In this document: piece after piece, positions 8,342 to 17,465 of the stretch
Layout: each line of letters opens with the position of its first letter
Numbering within the stretch: the first letter of the stretch is position 1
Virus record (IMG/VR): IMGVR_UViG_3300036821_000215
Location: 1 to 34,781 of that record
Length of the DNA: 34,781 nucleotides
Strand: one strand, 5' to 3'
Source of the DNA: a virus
Taxonomy: Duplodnaviria; Caudoviricetes
Position numbers and translations under genes: made by a program
The notes under the pieces: model-generated
Databases searched by the model: none
Seen by the model: only the letters and a program-made list of their open reading frames with translations
Told to the model about the DNA's origin: nothing

Positions 8342-11044
8342 TCAAACAGAGCCCGCAGCCACCCACTGCCCATTTGCTAAAAGATATTGAAGCTGTCTAA
8401 CCCGCCACTGTGCTTTGTTAAAGTCGGAACCTCCGACACCGGCAGCTCCCGTGACAATTTCGCCGCCACCTAAGCTCACCACGCCTCCACTGGCATTGGT
8501 TGAGGCTTGAACACGCTCGCCGCCCAGCCTCACGGCAATTACGTACCCGCTTAAATCTATCCCCGGCGGCGGGTTATTTGGACTATATACGCGCTGTCCC
8601 ATCTCATAAATCCCGCCACCGTCAGTGTAAAAGTTACCCTGCGCGCTAATGTCGCCAGTGCCGGAAATTCTGACGTATCCTGTTTGTGCTGAATTCGCCT
8701 GATTAACGATGCGAAAAACAAATCCACCCACACCGCCGCCTTTGTTGTTCACAAAGTTAGACTCACCCTGACCGCCGCTTTCATTCCAGCCTAAATATGT
8801 CCCTTGCCCGTTGCCGGGTTGCGGGAGGGTTATCGCCCGGAGAAAATTAGCCGTTACGCCGCCGTTGACATCACCGCCATTTCGGGGAAATGCGCCAACA
8901 TTATCTGCATTCAGCGCGATATCTTTCGTACCGTCAAACGCCACACCGGCAATCTTTCGCGCCGTAGCTAATTTGGTTGCCGCCGCCGCAGTGCCAGCAG
9001 CAGGAAGTGCGCCAACGTCTGCGGCAGTGGGTTTATTATTTGGGCTGTATACCTCGACCCATGCAGACCACGGACCATCTGCGCCGTTCCATGCGCCGGT
9101 AGCTGCTCGGGTAAACTGTCGGCCATTATTGTTAAAGGCTATCTGCTGTGTCGCATTCGGACCCCACGTCACGAAAATGACACCAACAAAACCGTTCATC
9201 GGATAGCCTTTTTGCGTGGTCGCTGCTGCTGCGCCCGGCACCCCATAATGACCAAACATGGCACTGCCGCGAATCGTGTTTGGGGAGTCTGTCGCGGTTA
9301 AGTTAGCGCGGATCTTAAACGCCGTTGCGATTTCATCAGCCAGTGCTTTTTCGCTGGCGGCGCTTTGTGACGCCGTCCATGCGCCCACGTCTGAGGCTGT
9401 TGGCTTATTATTGGTGCCGTAAACCGCGACCCACGGGCGCCATGGTCCATCCTTACCGTTCCAGTTGGTAGACAGTCCGCGCATCCAGACGTTGCACGTA
9501 TCAAACGTGATATACATCTGCTGACAGCCATAGGCACTACCTGTAACAAATAACGTGCCAGCCTTGGCCTCCGGGTAGTTTCGTTCCACTGTCGCAGACG
9601 CATTAGCAGACTGATGGTATATAGCGGCCTGCACCCCCGTCAGACCAAATCCAACGGTATTCAGGTCTGTTGAACCAAGCGCAGTATTTGCCGCAACGGA
9701 GCCGACACCACTCACTTGCACCCAGTCACGCCATGGTCCGTCAGTACCATTCCACGAAGCATTTAACGCCCGAGTCCATACCATGCCGCTATTTTGGACG
9801 GTGTAACGCTGCAACACACCGCCCGTCCAAGATGCAGGCATTACCTCCAGTACCCCCGCAGCCTGTGAGCCTGCGGGGTAACCATTGGCTACGGTGGCAT
9901 TTGCGCCAGTGCTTTGCACATACAGGCCAATTTTTGTCAGATTAAACGTATTTATATTGGCCGTACCCAGCACGCCGGAGACTACGGGTAAAGCTCCCAC
10001 ATCTGAAGCTGTCGGCTTTTGCGCGGAATCATAGACTTTTCTCCAACCGTTAGCGTCACCGGACAAACTTGTGCCATGCCATGTAATAACGCCCGATGAG
10101 ATACCGCCGGTTCGAACGTAGATAGCGCCACCGGTCATGTAGAGATATTGAATTAAGGAACAACCGGCATCGTAAGTACGGCGAATATTATGCAGGACGC
10201 CCGTTGGACTGGTATTTCCTGCCGGAGCATCCGTATAACCGCTGGTGACTGTCCACGTCGATTCAAAACCAATAATCGAAGGATCTGCCAGCAATGTAAT
10301 AGTTGAAGGTAATAACGGTGCTTTACCTCCCAGACCAAATTCACCGGGCGCGATTGCGCCCACATCGACCGATGACAGCGTGATATCAGCACTTAGTGCT
10401 TTATTATTTACCTTGCGGGTGGCGGGAACGCGGGTATTGGCGTTGTCATTCGCCGCTTTCACCGCCTTTGGCGTCGCCGCCAGCGTTTCGCTGGTACTGC
10501 TGACCGAGCTGTTAAGCTGCACAAAACCTTTTGCCGTCAGCGTGCCGTCGGGATGGTTGCGGGATTTTTCATGTGCGGCCAGCTTATCGTCTACATAGTC
10601 TTTCGTGGCCATCACTGTAGAGCCGTCAATGCTCAGCGCGATAGACTCAATTTCATTGACGATAAGCACCATGCGCAGCGTCTGTAACCGGCCTGACCCT
10701 TCTGCCAGTTGCGGTTTATAGCTTTCGGCCATATTACTGACAGCAATCAGCACGCCGTCAGCATCGTATAAGCCCATTTCACGCATCCAGAAACCGCCGA
10801 CGTCAGGCTGGATCACCAACTCGGCCACCAGATAATTACTGTTTTTGGCATCGATGCTCAGGCGGTTGAGATTAGCGCGGTAAACCTCATTAACAAGTTT
10901 GGTTTGTTTTGGGTCAGGCGTCGGAAGCTTTCCGCCCCCGTCACCGACGGCCATACGTGTTATTTTGACCTGCGTTCCACCAGCCGTGGCGGCGGCAATT
11001 TTGGCCGCTCCGGCGGTAGTCAGTAATGCTTTATAAGTCGCCAT
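8342..11044 (-). CDS. H: Tail fibre protein gpH with repeated knob-like modules
   Basis: P2 H N-terminus (GGFWMREMGLYD, ESYKPQLAEGSGR, HEKSRNHPD, ETLAATPKAVK); internal GxDGPWxxW and KPTAxDVGA repeats. Confidence 0.95.
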   Translation of the reverse strand: MATYKALLTTAGAAKIAAATAGGTQVKITRMAVGDGGGKLPTPDPKQTKLVNEVYRANLNRLSIDAKNSNYLVAELVIQPDVGGFWMREMGLYDADGVLIAVSNMAESYKPQLAEGSGRLQTLRMVLIVNEIESIALSIDGSTVMATKDYVDDKLAAHEKSRNHPDGTLTAKGFVQLNSSVSSTSETLAATPKAVKAANDNANTRVPATRKVNNKALSADITLSSVDVGAIAPGEFGLGGKAPLLPSTITLLADPSIIGFESTWTVTSGYTDAPAGNTSPTGVLHNIRRTYDAGCSLIQYLYMTGGAIYVRTGGISSGVITWHGTSLSGDANGWRKVYDSAQKPTASDVGALPVVSGVLGTANINTFNLTKIGLYVQSTGANATVANGYPAGSQAAGVLEVMPASWTGGVLQRYTVQNSGMVWTRALNASWNGTDGPWRDWVQVSGVGSVAANTALGSTDLNTVGFGLTGVQAAIYHQSANASATVERNYPEAKAGTLFVTGSAYGCQQMYITFDTCNVWMRGLSTNWNGKDGPWRPWVAVYGTNNKPTASDVGAWTASQSAASEKALADEIATAFKIRANLTATDSPNTIRGSAMFGHYGVPGAAAATTQKGYPMNGFVGVIFVTWGPNATQQIAFNNNGRQFTRAATGAWNGADGPWSAWVEVYSPNNKPTAADVGALPAAGTAAAATKLATARKIAGVAFDGTKDIALNADNVGAFPRNGGDVNGGVTANFLRAITLPQPGNGQGTYLGWNESGGQGESNFVNNKGGGVGGFVFRIVNQANSAQTGYVRISGTGDISAQGNFYTDGGGIYEMGQRVYSPNNPPPGIDLSGYVIAVRLGGERVQASTNASGGVVSLGGGEIVTGAAGVGGSDFNKAQWRVRQLQYLLANGQWVAAGSV

Positions 11045-11058
11045 GAGTTTTCCTCTGC

Positions 11059-11589
11059 TTAGGCCGGATAAACGGTGATGACGTCGCCGTCGTAAGAAAG
11101 CGCGCCGACAAAAATATGGCCGGGGATATCCTGAATAATGGTCAGCGTCTCAAGGTGGCGACTAGCGGGTTTCGCATCCGCAATGAGTCGCTCCATCTCC
11201 TGATACATTTCTTCGGTGATGCCGCTTTCCAGTACACCGATATCGAGGCGAAACGTGCCGGGTGGGCTGTTGGTTTCCCACCACTCAGAAATATTGATGA
11301 CGTACCCCAGCGGCTCAACCACCCGGCGGATTGCGCTGATGGTGCCTTTATGGGTATGGATAAAATAAGCTGACTGGATCACGCCGCGTTTTGTTGCCTC
11401 CGGCCAGCTTTCGTCCCAACGGTCAACCGAAAACGCCCATGCGAGATAAGGCAAAAACTTCGCCGGACAGGTCTGCGGGTTCCATAAATCACGCAGCGGC
11501 ACAGGGACAGCGGTCAGCTCGGCGCAGGCCGCAGCGGCGGCAACCTCCAGCGGAGAAGAACCCACAGGCAACAGGCGCACATTACTCAT
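11059..11589 (-). CDS. I: Baseplate/tail protein gpI
   Basis: 176 aa from MSNVRLLP; LWNPQTCP...LPYLAWAFSVDRWD. Confidence 0.95.
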   Translation of the reverse strand: MSNVRLLPVGSSPLEVAAAAACAELTAVPVPLRDLWNPQTCPAKFLPYLAWAFSVDRWDESWPEATKRGVIQSAYFIHTHKGTISAIRRVVEPLGYVINISEWWETNSPPGTFRLDIGVLESGITEEMYQEMERLIADAKPASRHLETLTIIQDIPGHIFVGALSYDGDVITVYPA

Positions 11590-12490
11590 CGGTGCCCCCG
11601 ATAGTGATTGAGGACTCAGTGCAATATGACGCTTGGGTATCATCCAGTACGATATCGGCCAGCGGCTGCGTGAGCTCGACACGCTGCACACCTTCAACAT
11701 GCAGCGCAGCATAGATAGCCGAGAGACGAATATCACGCCCCAGCCTGTGCTGTGCCAGCGTGTAGGCGTCAAGCTTATCCACTGCGGCCAGCCTGATGGG
11801 TTCTAATTCCGGCCCCGGATAAACATAGAGCTTGGCGGTGATCTGATAAGGGACAACCTTCGCTGACTGCACGATCACGCGGTCAGCCACCGGGCGCACG
11901 TCCTCGGCGTTAAGCGCTTTATTCACAATTGCGATAAGCTCCGCGCTGGCCGTGCCGTCACCCTCACGCGAAAGCACAGAAATAGTCACATTGGCCGGTT
12001 CCGGGCTAATCACCGACACATCCGCCACCCGACCATCAGCACTGCGACCATGAAACTGATAAGCACCCGTTGAACCGGCCACGCTCAGACCCTCGAAAGC
12101 CTGCTGAATACGCACACGGAAATCACTGTCACTTTCCAGCACCTCGGCAACCGGAGGCAGCACCGTATCATCAGCCTCCGTAATAACCAGCCGCGCAACG
12201 TTATAGTTTGCCCCGAGCTGGTCGAGGTCAGCGCCGGTGGCGTAGGCCAGCATATTGGCGCGCGCCGCCTCGTTGACACGCTGACGCAAAATCACCTCTC
12301 GGTAAGCGTTCTCCTGCAAGAGCTTGACGACAGGCTCAGATTCCAGCGCTAAGGTGCGGGCGACGGCCTCCCGTTCGCTTTCGTCATAGAGTGACAGCAA
12401 CGTGGCTTTGCGTTCTTCAAACAGGGTTTCATAGTCCAGCTCTTCGACCACATCCGGCGCGGGGAGCAGGCTTAAATCAATCGTGGCCAT
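11582..12490 (-). CDS. J: Baseplate wedge protein gpJ
   Basis: MATIDLSLLPAPDVVEELDYE...LSVAGSTGAY, 302 aa. Confidence 0.96.
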   Translation of the reverse strand: MATIDLSLLPAPDVVEELDYETLFEERKATLLSLYDESEREAVARTLALESEPVVKLLQENAYREVILRQRVNEAARANMLAYATGADLDQLGANYNVARLVITEADDTVLPPVAEVLESDSDFRVRIQQAFEGLSVAGSTGAYQFHGRSADGRVADVSVISPEPANVTISVLSREGDGTASAELIAIVNKALNAEDVRPVADRVIVQSAKVVPYQITAKLYVYPGPELEPIRLAAVDKLDAYTLAQHRLGRDIRLSAIYAALHVEGVQRVELTQPLADIVLDDTQASYCTESSITIGGTDE

Positions 12491-12494
12491 AGCG

Positions 12495-12845
12495 TTAACT
12501 CAGTGAGATGGAAGAAGAGAAACCGCCGGGAGAATCATTACGGTTGCCGGTAATGTTGATCACCATTTCCCCGGTATAAGTGGTTTCAAAAGTAATGCCG
12601 GTCAGGCTGACGCGCGGCTCCCAGCGGAGGATCCCCGAATAACATGCGGCCATGATTTGCAACCGCAGCGCCGCGTTTTGTGGCTGGTCGGTCAGAGCGG
12701 AAAGCAGCGAGCCATAATTTCGGCGCATGACCCGAGAGCCTAACGGCGTTCGCAAGATGTCACTGACTGACTGGTTGATGTGCGCCATGTCTTCAACCGA
12801 GCGCCCTGACTGGCGTGACATGCCGAGATATTTCGCGTTAGTCAT
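12495..12845 (-). CDS. W: Baseplate protein gpW (gp25 family)
   Basis: HINQSVSDILRTPLGSRVMRRNYGS...WEPR; start moved to the ATG behind GAGG. Confidence 0.94.
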   Translation of the reverse strand: MTNAKYLGMSRQSGRSVEDMAHINQSVSDILRTPLGSRVMRRNYGSLLSALTDQPQNAALRLQIMAACYSGILRWEPRVSLTGITFETTYTGEMVINITGNRNDSPGGFSSSISLS

Positions 12846-12862
12846 TATCAAAACCTCAGCTA

Positions 12863-13504
12863 TCAATTCGGTTTACCGGTGTTTCCGCCACCGGTCTGGA
12901 CTCCGCCGTGTGTGTGGGTATCAACCTGCACACCGTTGGAGGTAAACGCGCCGCCGCTGTGTGCAATATTGCCTTTCATCGCACCGCCTTTTTTCACCTC
13001 TAATGAACCAGTGGTCAGCTTGTTCGTACACACAACCTCCGGCGTATCAAACGTGATTTTGCTGCTGGCCGTGACGGTGACATTCGGCGCGGTGGCACTG
13101 ATTGACGTTGCAGCGGAAATATCAGCGGTCTGAACACCGCTCACAGTCAGCGCGCCGGTTTCCGGCTCGTACTCCAGCACGGCACCGTCAGAAAAACTGA
13201 CGTGATACGCCTGCGTTGATGCAGAGGGCGCAGGGAAATCATCGGAATAAATGCCCGGCAGCACGAACCCGGTATCAAGCTCACCGCCAAGTGAAAGCAG
13301 CAAAACCTGCTCACCTACGGAAGGAGCCCACCAAGCGCGCCCACTTCCGGCGCGGGACGTCAGCCAGTGCAGCCAGTCAGTGAGAATATCGCCCGTCTGG
13401 ATGCGGCATAGAGCCACCTCGGTATCGACTTCTGCGACAACACCAATACGGATAATGTCGCGCATCGCGCGGGAGAGTTCGGAAAGCGTTTCGTGTGTAT
13501 TCAT
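12863..13504 (-). CDS. V: Baseplate spike protein gpV
   Basis: WWAPSVGEQVLLLSLGGEL and C-terminal HTH metal-binding tip (DTHTHGGV); start MNTHETL. Confidence 0.95.
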   Translation of the reverse strand: MNTHETLSELSRAMRDIIRIGVVAEVDTEVALCRIQTGDILTDWLHWLTSRAGSGRAWWAPSVGEQVLLLSLGGELDTGFVLPGIYSDDFPAPSASTQAYHVSFSDGAVLEYEPETGALTVSGVQTADISAATSISATAPNVTVTASSKITFDTPEVVCTNKLTTGSLEVKKGGAMKGNIAHSGGAFTSNGVQVDTHTHGGVQTGGGNTGKPN

Positions 13505-13570
13505 GGGGGGAAGAATGCAGACAAAGGAAGTTATCAGCAATTTGAGGACGTAGGATAAGCTCTGGTACAA
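13505..13570 (-). promoter_or_regulatory. Ogr-dependent late promoter pV (likely leaderless transcript)
   Basis: TTGTACCAGAGCTTATCCTACG (13549-13570), 31 nt, CATTCT (13512-13517), 7 nt, ATG; no Shine-Dalgarno. Confidence 0.75.
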
Positions 13571-13607
13571 CGGATTATTTGCAAAAGTTATCAAGCAACT
13601 TGTATAT

Positions 13608-13636
13608 AAAATAGAAAAGCCGCTTATAAGCGGCTT
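13608..13636 (-). terminator. Terminator after the DUF4145 moron / head-lysis operon
   Basis: Perfect 20-bp palindrome AAGCCGCTTATAAGCGGCTT (13617-13636) running into TTCTATTTT on the minus strand. Confidence 0.8.
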
Positions 13637-13669
13637 AAAAGTTAATGATTAGAATTTTGGATTATCTAG

Positions 13670-14383
13670 TTATTTCTTTGGTTTCTTTGGTCTCGGTGTT
13701 TTTTTAGGGAGTAGCGCCGCAATATGAGAAATATTATCGCCCTTCACGACCGTTCGAAGAACAAAACTTTCGATAACATCCAAGAGTGTTCTGAATTCAG
13801 TAGCATTCGGAGACCAAGCCCTATGCGCGGCAGAGTTGCCAGCATCTGTAACGATTAGAAGCTGCTCTCGCTCTGTATCGCCAATAAACCCACCAGTACG
13901 AAGCTCATCAACTTTTTCATTTAAAGGCAAACCAGGATGAATGCTTAATACCTCGGTCGTTCTGTCAAAAATAGTTCTAAGACCTATGGAAGCCAAAATA
14001 AATGATTTACTTTGATAAGCAGAATACATTTCATTCATTATTTCATATAATTGATAATCCCTAGCTCTGATATCATTGAGCCAATCAGGCCGAATCTCTT
14101 CCTCTTCTTGCGTAGGGTAGGTAATGACAGAGTAATGGAAGTTAATTGTCTCCTGCCCACTCCAATCTATACCGTGTGAATACTCCTCGCTGTTATGGGA
14201 TTTAATCTGTGTAAATATAGCATCGCAGCCCATGCACTCTAAAAGTTGATATTCACTTTCTGCCCAGAAGACGTCATTCACCTCTTCTTGAGTCCATTGT
14301 CTTGTTTTCTCGCCAAGAATAGAACAATTTTTTTGACCACCGCACTGTGGACACTGTGCTTTTGTTTTTTTTAACACTGACAT
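13670..14383 (-). CDS. Moron: N-terminal Zn-ribbon plus DUF4145 (HEPN-like) domain protein
   Basis: CPQC...CMGC cysteine pairs; ASIGLRTIFD...LNEKVDEL...GNSAAH pattern typical of DUF4145; AT-rich; in the P2 orf30 slot between S and V. Confidence 0.75.
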   Translation of the reverse strand: MSVLKKTKAQCPQCGGQKNCSILGEKTRQWTQEEVNDVFWAESEYQLLECMGCDAIFTQIKSHNSEEYSHGIDWSGQETINFHYSVITYPTQEEEEIRPDWLNDIRARDYQLYEIMNEMYSAYQSKSFILASIGLRTIFDRTTEVLSIHPGLPLNEKVDELRTGGFIGDTEREQLLIVTDAGNSAAHRAWSPNATEFRTLLDVIESFVLRTVVKGDNISHIAALLPKKTPRPKKPKK

Positions 14384-14540
14384 TTCAATTTTCCTTTTGA
14401 TTAAAGATTTACAATATTCAACCGGATTTTGAAAGTAAAGCAGGCAGTGACAAAAGAGGTGATTTTTATTTTTACAGCTAACTAAAATCTAACCAGTTCG
14501 TATCGAAGGTGTTGATGATGAATAATAACCAGTGCGACTC

Positions 14541-14999
14541 TTAAAAATTTTTATAGCTTAAGTGATAAAAAATCACATCTTCAACTATCTGGAGGTCACC
14601 AGCGCTAAAGCCTAGCAACGGACGCACCTCATACTTCACTGGTATACAGTTTTTATTCGGTTTATCCGTTAAACCTTCGTGATGAATCCGCGCAATCCGC
14701 TGTACCCTGCCAGCAAATTCGACCGCCGCAGCCTCACTGCTGCCTTTCGTCTTGAGGTATCGCACCGTGCGCAATTTGGTGAACATTTCCCGCTTAACAC
14801 GTCCCTTTTTACCCCTGACCTGTTGACGCTTACGGGCTGTATAGGGCGTACCGTCCGGTGCTTTTTGTTGCTTAATGCGCTGCTGCTGGCTGGCTCGCAG
14901 CTTTTTAGATATTTCAGCGGCCATCTTGCGACGGCCAGCGATTGACAGGCTGGCCAGCAGACCGGATAACTTATCGTCAAAAGGCTTGAGCTCATTCAT
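14541..14999 (-). CDS. S: Tail completion protein gpS
   Basis: LRASQQQRIKQQKAPDGTPY...RIARIHHEGL...RPLLG. Confidence 0.94.
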   Translation of the reverse strand: MNELKPFDDKLSGLLASLSIAGRRKMAAEISKKLRASQQQRIKQQKAPDGTPYTARKRQQVRGKKGRVKREMFTKLRTVRYLKTKGSSEAAAVEFAGRVQRIARIHHEGLTDKPNKNCIPVKYEVRPLLGFSAGDLQIVEDVIFYHLSYKNF

Positions 15000-15459
15000 C
15001 CCATTTACTCACCAGCTCGCCATGCACATACAACTCCATAGGCCGGTGTACCGACTCCGGCGGTGGGGGCTCGTCCAGTGGCGTCACGTTTAGCCTGTGG
15101 TCAACCTCTTTGACGATAGTGCGCTCGGTCAGTTGCAGGCTCATGCGCACGTCTTTGCTATCGTCACTGTTAATATCCGCCACGTAGGTGAAGCCGCGCT
15201 TCTTCCCTTCTTCGGTGGTCATAATGTCCGGCTGATGCTCACGCAGCCAGACGTTGACCGGCACAATCAGCAGGTTTAAATCACCGGTGTAATCGGTTAC
15301 CACAATATCCAGCGTGTAGCGGTTCTCGAATGAAAGCGACGCGGCCAGCGTGGCGTTAATAACGCCGCCGTCCACAAACATGTGCAACATGTCCGGGTTA
15401 TCACGCAGCAGCGGCACGGATTTAAAGAGCGCCTTTCTCAGGCTGGCGGGCTTCAACAT
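14992..15459 (-). CDS. R: Tail completion protein gpR
   Basis: MLKPASLRKAL...WLREHQPDIM...LQLTERTIV, 155 aa. Confidence 0.94.
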   Translation of the reverse strand: MLKPASLRKALFKSVPLLRDNPDMLHMFVDGGVINATLAASLSFENRYTLDIVVTDYTGDLNLLIVPVNVWLREHQPDIMTTEEGKKRGFTYVADINSDDSKDVRMSLQLTERTIVKEVDHRLNVTPLDEPPPPESVHRPMELYVHGELVSKWDE

Positions 15460-15712
15460 CGTAGGACTCCTGACACTGTTTAACGGCTTCGACTTGCAGC
15501 GCACAGTTCACCAGCGCGCCCTCAAGCTGGCGATTGTCTTCGCTTAAATCACCGTTGGTTTTCGGACGACTGGCCGGTATCGGGCAACTGCTGACCTTCG
15601 GACAGCCAACGTAAATAATCGCCGGGGTTGTCGAACGCGGGGCGGGTGTGCAGCCGGATAATGTCATCAGGCAAAGGAGACTGAAACCAGCCGCGCAGCG
15701 CTTCATTTTCAT
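15422..15712 (-). CDS. lysC: Outer-membrane spanin LysC (Rz1-like lipoprotein)
   Basis: Signal peptide with lipobox LSGC, Pro-rich linker, CPKVSSC...TNGDL; overlaps the lysB 3' end. Confidence 0.9.
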   Translation of the reverse strand: MKMKRCAAGFSLLCLMTLSGCTPAPRSTTPAIIYVGCPKVSSCPIPASRPKTNGDLSEDNRQLEGALVNCALQVEAVKQCQESYDVEARQPEKGAL

Positions 15713-15971
15713 TGAGTAACCTCGTAATCGTCTGATTCCGACGCGCGGCCAGCGCACCCGCCGCATTAACCTGCTGACGGAGCACAACCAGCGCACGCTC
15801 ATTACGCTGACCGCTGGCTTTCAGCTCACTGATGGCCAGCGCGCTGGCTTCCAGCGTCGTTGTTAATTGCTGAATGTGATGGTTTGCCGCTGCCACTTTC
15901 TGATTTGCTCCCCGCCACGCAAAGAGCGCACCCGCGAGTGTCAGCACTAACACCGTGATGATGTATTTCAT
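15549..15971 (-). CDS. lysB: Inner-membrane spanin LysB (Rz-like)
   Basis: N-terminal TM, coiled coil, LLNENEALRGWFQSPLPDDIIRL. Confidence 0.92.
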   Translation of the reverse strand: MKYIITVLVLTLAGALFAWRGANQKVAAANHHIQQLTTTLEASALAISELKASGQRNERALVVLRQQVNAAGALAARRNQTITRLLNENEALRGWFQSPLPDDIIRLHTRPAFDNPGDYLRWLSEGQQLPDTGQSSENQR

Positions 15972-16477
15972 GGCACCCCCTTCATGCAGTGTTTCAGCTC
16001 AACCGCCCGGCGGTTCTTGAGCCCCTTATTCCACACGCCATTGACATACACCCAGCGGGGGAGCTGCTGGCAGGCCTGCGACCATTCACCGTGCCTGATG
16101 AAGTAGGCCAGCGTGGATTTACACGCCGCCCCCCTGCCGATGTTAAACGCCAGACTGATCACGGCGTCATACACCGGCTGCGGCATGGTCACCGGCATGC
16201 ATTTATCCACGGAGCGCTCCGTCATGATGATGTCAGCGATCAGATTACGGGCGGCGTCCTGCTCCGTAATGTTCTGCGCGGGCTTCACACCCGCAGTGTG
16301 GCCGATGCCAGATGTCCAGACTCCGGCGCTGCACTGGTACGGATTCAGGCGGCATCCTTCGAGGTTGGCAATAATGGCCAGCCCCTCGGCGGAGGTTTTG
16401 ACAAACCGGTAATCAGGCATCAGCGCGGCGAGTGCCAACACGACGGCCACACTGCAACGTTTAACGATTGAGTTCAT
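15968..16477 (-). CDS. SAR endolysin, GH24 lysozyme of the P1 Lyz type
   Basis: Weakly hydrophobic N-terminal helix containing Cys8; catalytic E40-x8-C49-x5-T55 (EGCRLNPYQCSAGVWT); C-terminal GLKNRRAVE. Confidence 0.92.
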   Translation of the reverse strand: MNSIVKRCSVAVVLALAALMPDYRFVKTSAEGLAIIANLEGCRLNPYQCSAGVWTSGIGHTAGVKPAQNITEQDAARNLIADIIMTERSVDKCMPVTMPQPVYDAVISLAFNIGRGAACKSTLAYFIRHGEWSQACQQLPRWVYVNGVWNKGLKNRRAVELKHCMKGVP

Positions 16478-16670
16478 CGAAAACCCTCTGACTCAGGCCG
16501 TTACGCTCCAGCAACTTGTAGCTTTTGCGCCGGTAGTACCAGTTAACGAAAAACGTCCCCACGGCCACCGCAGCACCCACCAGAAAGGCGAAATCCTGCG
16601 GCGTCAGCGCGCCGATAAAAGCCAGCAATGCCGCGAGCCCATAGGCAAACATTGAAGATATTTTTTCCAT
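16461..16670 (-). CDS. Holin (HP1-family / pinholin-like, two TM)
   Basis: MEKISSMFAY..., two hydrophobic segments, TFFVNWYYRRK; directly upstream of the endolysin. Confidence 0.9.
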   Translation of the reverse strand: MEKISSMFAYGLAALLAFIGALTPQDFAFLVGAAVAVGTFFVNWYYRRKSYKLLERNGLSQRVFDELNR

Positions 16671-16672
16671 CG

Positions 16673-16876
16673 TCAGTCCCATAGCTGGACGGTTTCAGAA
16701 GTGGAGGCGGTATCAACGTCTGGCAAAATCACGGTGGTACCGTGCGGCAGGACTTCGCCTAATTCAGCCAGACCGGGATTCGCGATCAGTACCGTCTCAA
16801 CGACGCCCCCGGTTCGCCCGTAGTAGCGAAAACACAGGGCGTCGAGCGTGTCGCCCTGCTGTGCGATGACTTTCAT
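16673..16876 (-). CDS. X: Tail protein gpX (LysM-like)
   Basis: MKVIAQQGDTLDALCFRYYG...ANPGLA...VQLWD, 67 aa. Confidence 0.96.
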   Translation of the reverse strand: MKVIAQQGDTLDALCFRYYGRTGGVVETVLIANPGLAELGEVLPHGTTVILPDVDTASTSETVQLWD

Positions 16877-17370
16877 CAGAGCTGGCTCACCATGCCGCGC
16901 GCCTGCCCCTGTAACCGGGACAAATGCCAGCGCATGTCACGCCACTGGTCATCCACCGACACCTCCAGCGCATCGGCCTTTTTGTCACCCTTCGCGCTGG
17001 CGTCATAGCTGCGGTAACGCTCATAAATCACGGCGGTGGTCATCGCACAGACTGCGCTCAGGTAGTGGAAACACTTCACGCTTTCCCCGTCGAGCGCTTC
17101 AGCGGGCACATCCGCCAGCATTTTAAATCCTGCCTCGATCTGCACCTCCCGGAAGAGATAAAGCTCGGCGTTGACCTCGGCCATTGCGGACTTAATCGCG
17201 GCGCGCAGTCTTTCATCCGTCACGACGTGACCGAGGCGGATACGTTCGCTCACCAGTTTTGGGTCAACGTCCGGGAAAAAGAACGTATTGGTGATAACGG
17301 GAATGACCGCCTGCTCAGGGGAGATCACTACGGTGGAGCTCGCCGCTGCTGCGGTCATGACAATATCCAT
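16876..17370 (-). CDS. L: Head completion/stabilisation protein gpL
   Basis: ITNTFFFPDVD...AEVNAEL...YERYRSYDAS. Confidence 0.93.
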   Translation of the reverse strand: MDIVMTAAAASSTVVISPEQAVIPVITNTFFFPDVDPKLVSERIRLGHVVTDERLRAAIKSAMAEVNAELYLFREVQIEAGFKMLADVPAEALDGESVKCFHYLSAVCAMTTAVIYERYRSYDASAKGDKKADALEVSVDDQWRDMRWHLSRLQGQARGMVSQL

Positions 17371-17465
17371 GTTCAAACCTCAAATAGGTGGACGGTGGAC
17401 GCAGGCGTCAGACGAGGTAAAAACCTGCATCGGTCTGCGTGCCGTCCGGCGCGGGGCGCTTTCTG

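Noticed and set aside
16670-16682. Possible dual-start holin/antiholin (MGLTM)
   Set aside because: The upstream ATG arises from gene X codons (CTA TGG), and the extension has no basic residue as in the lambda S or S21 antiholins
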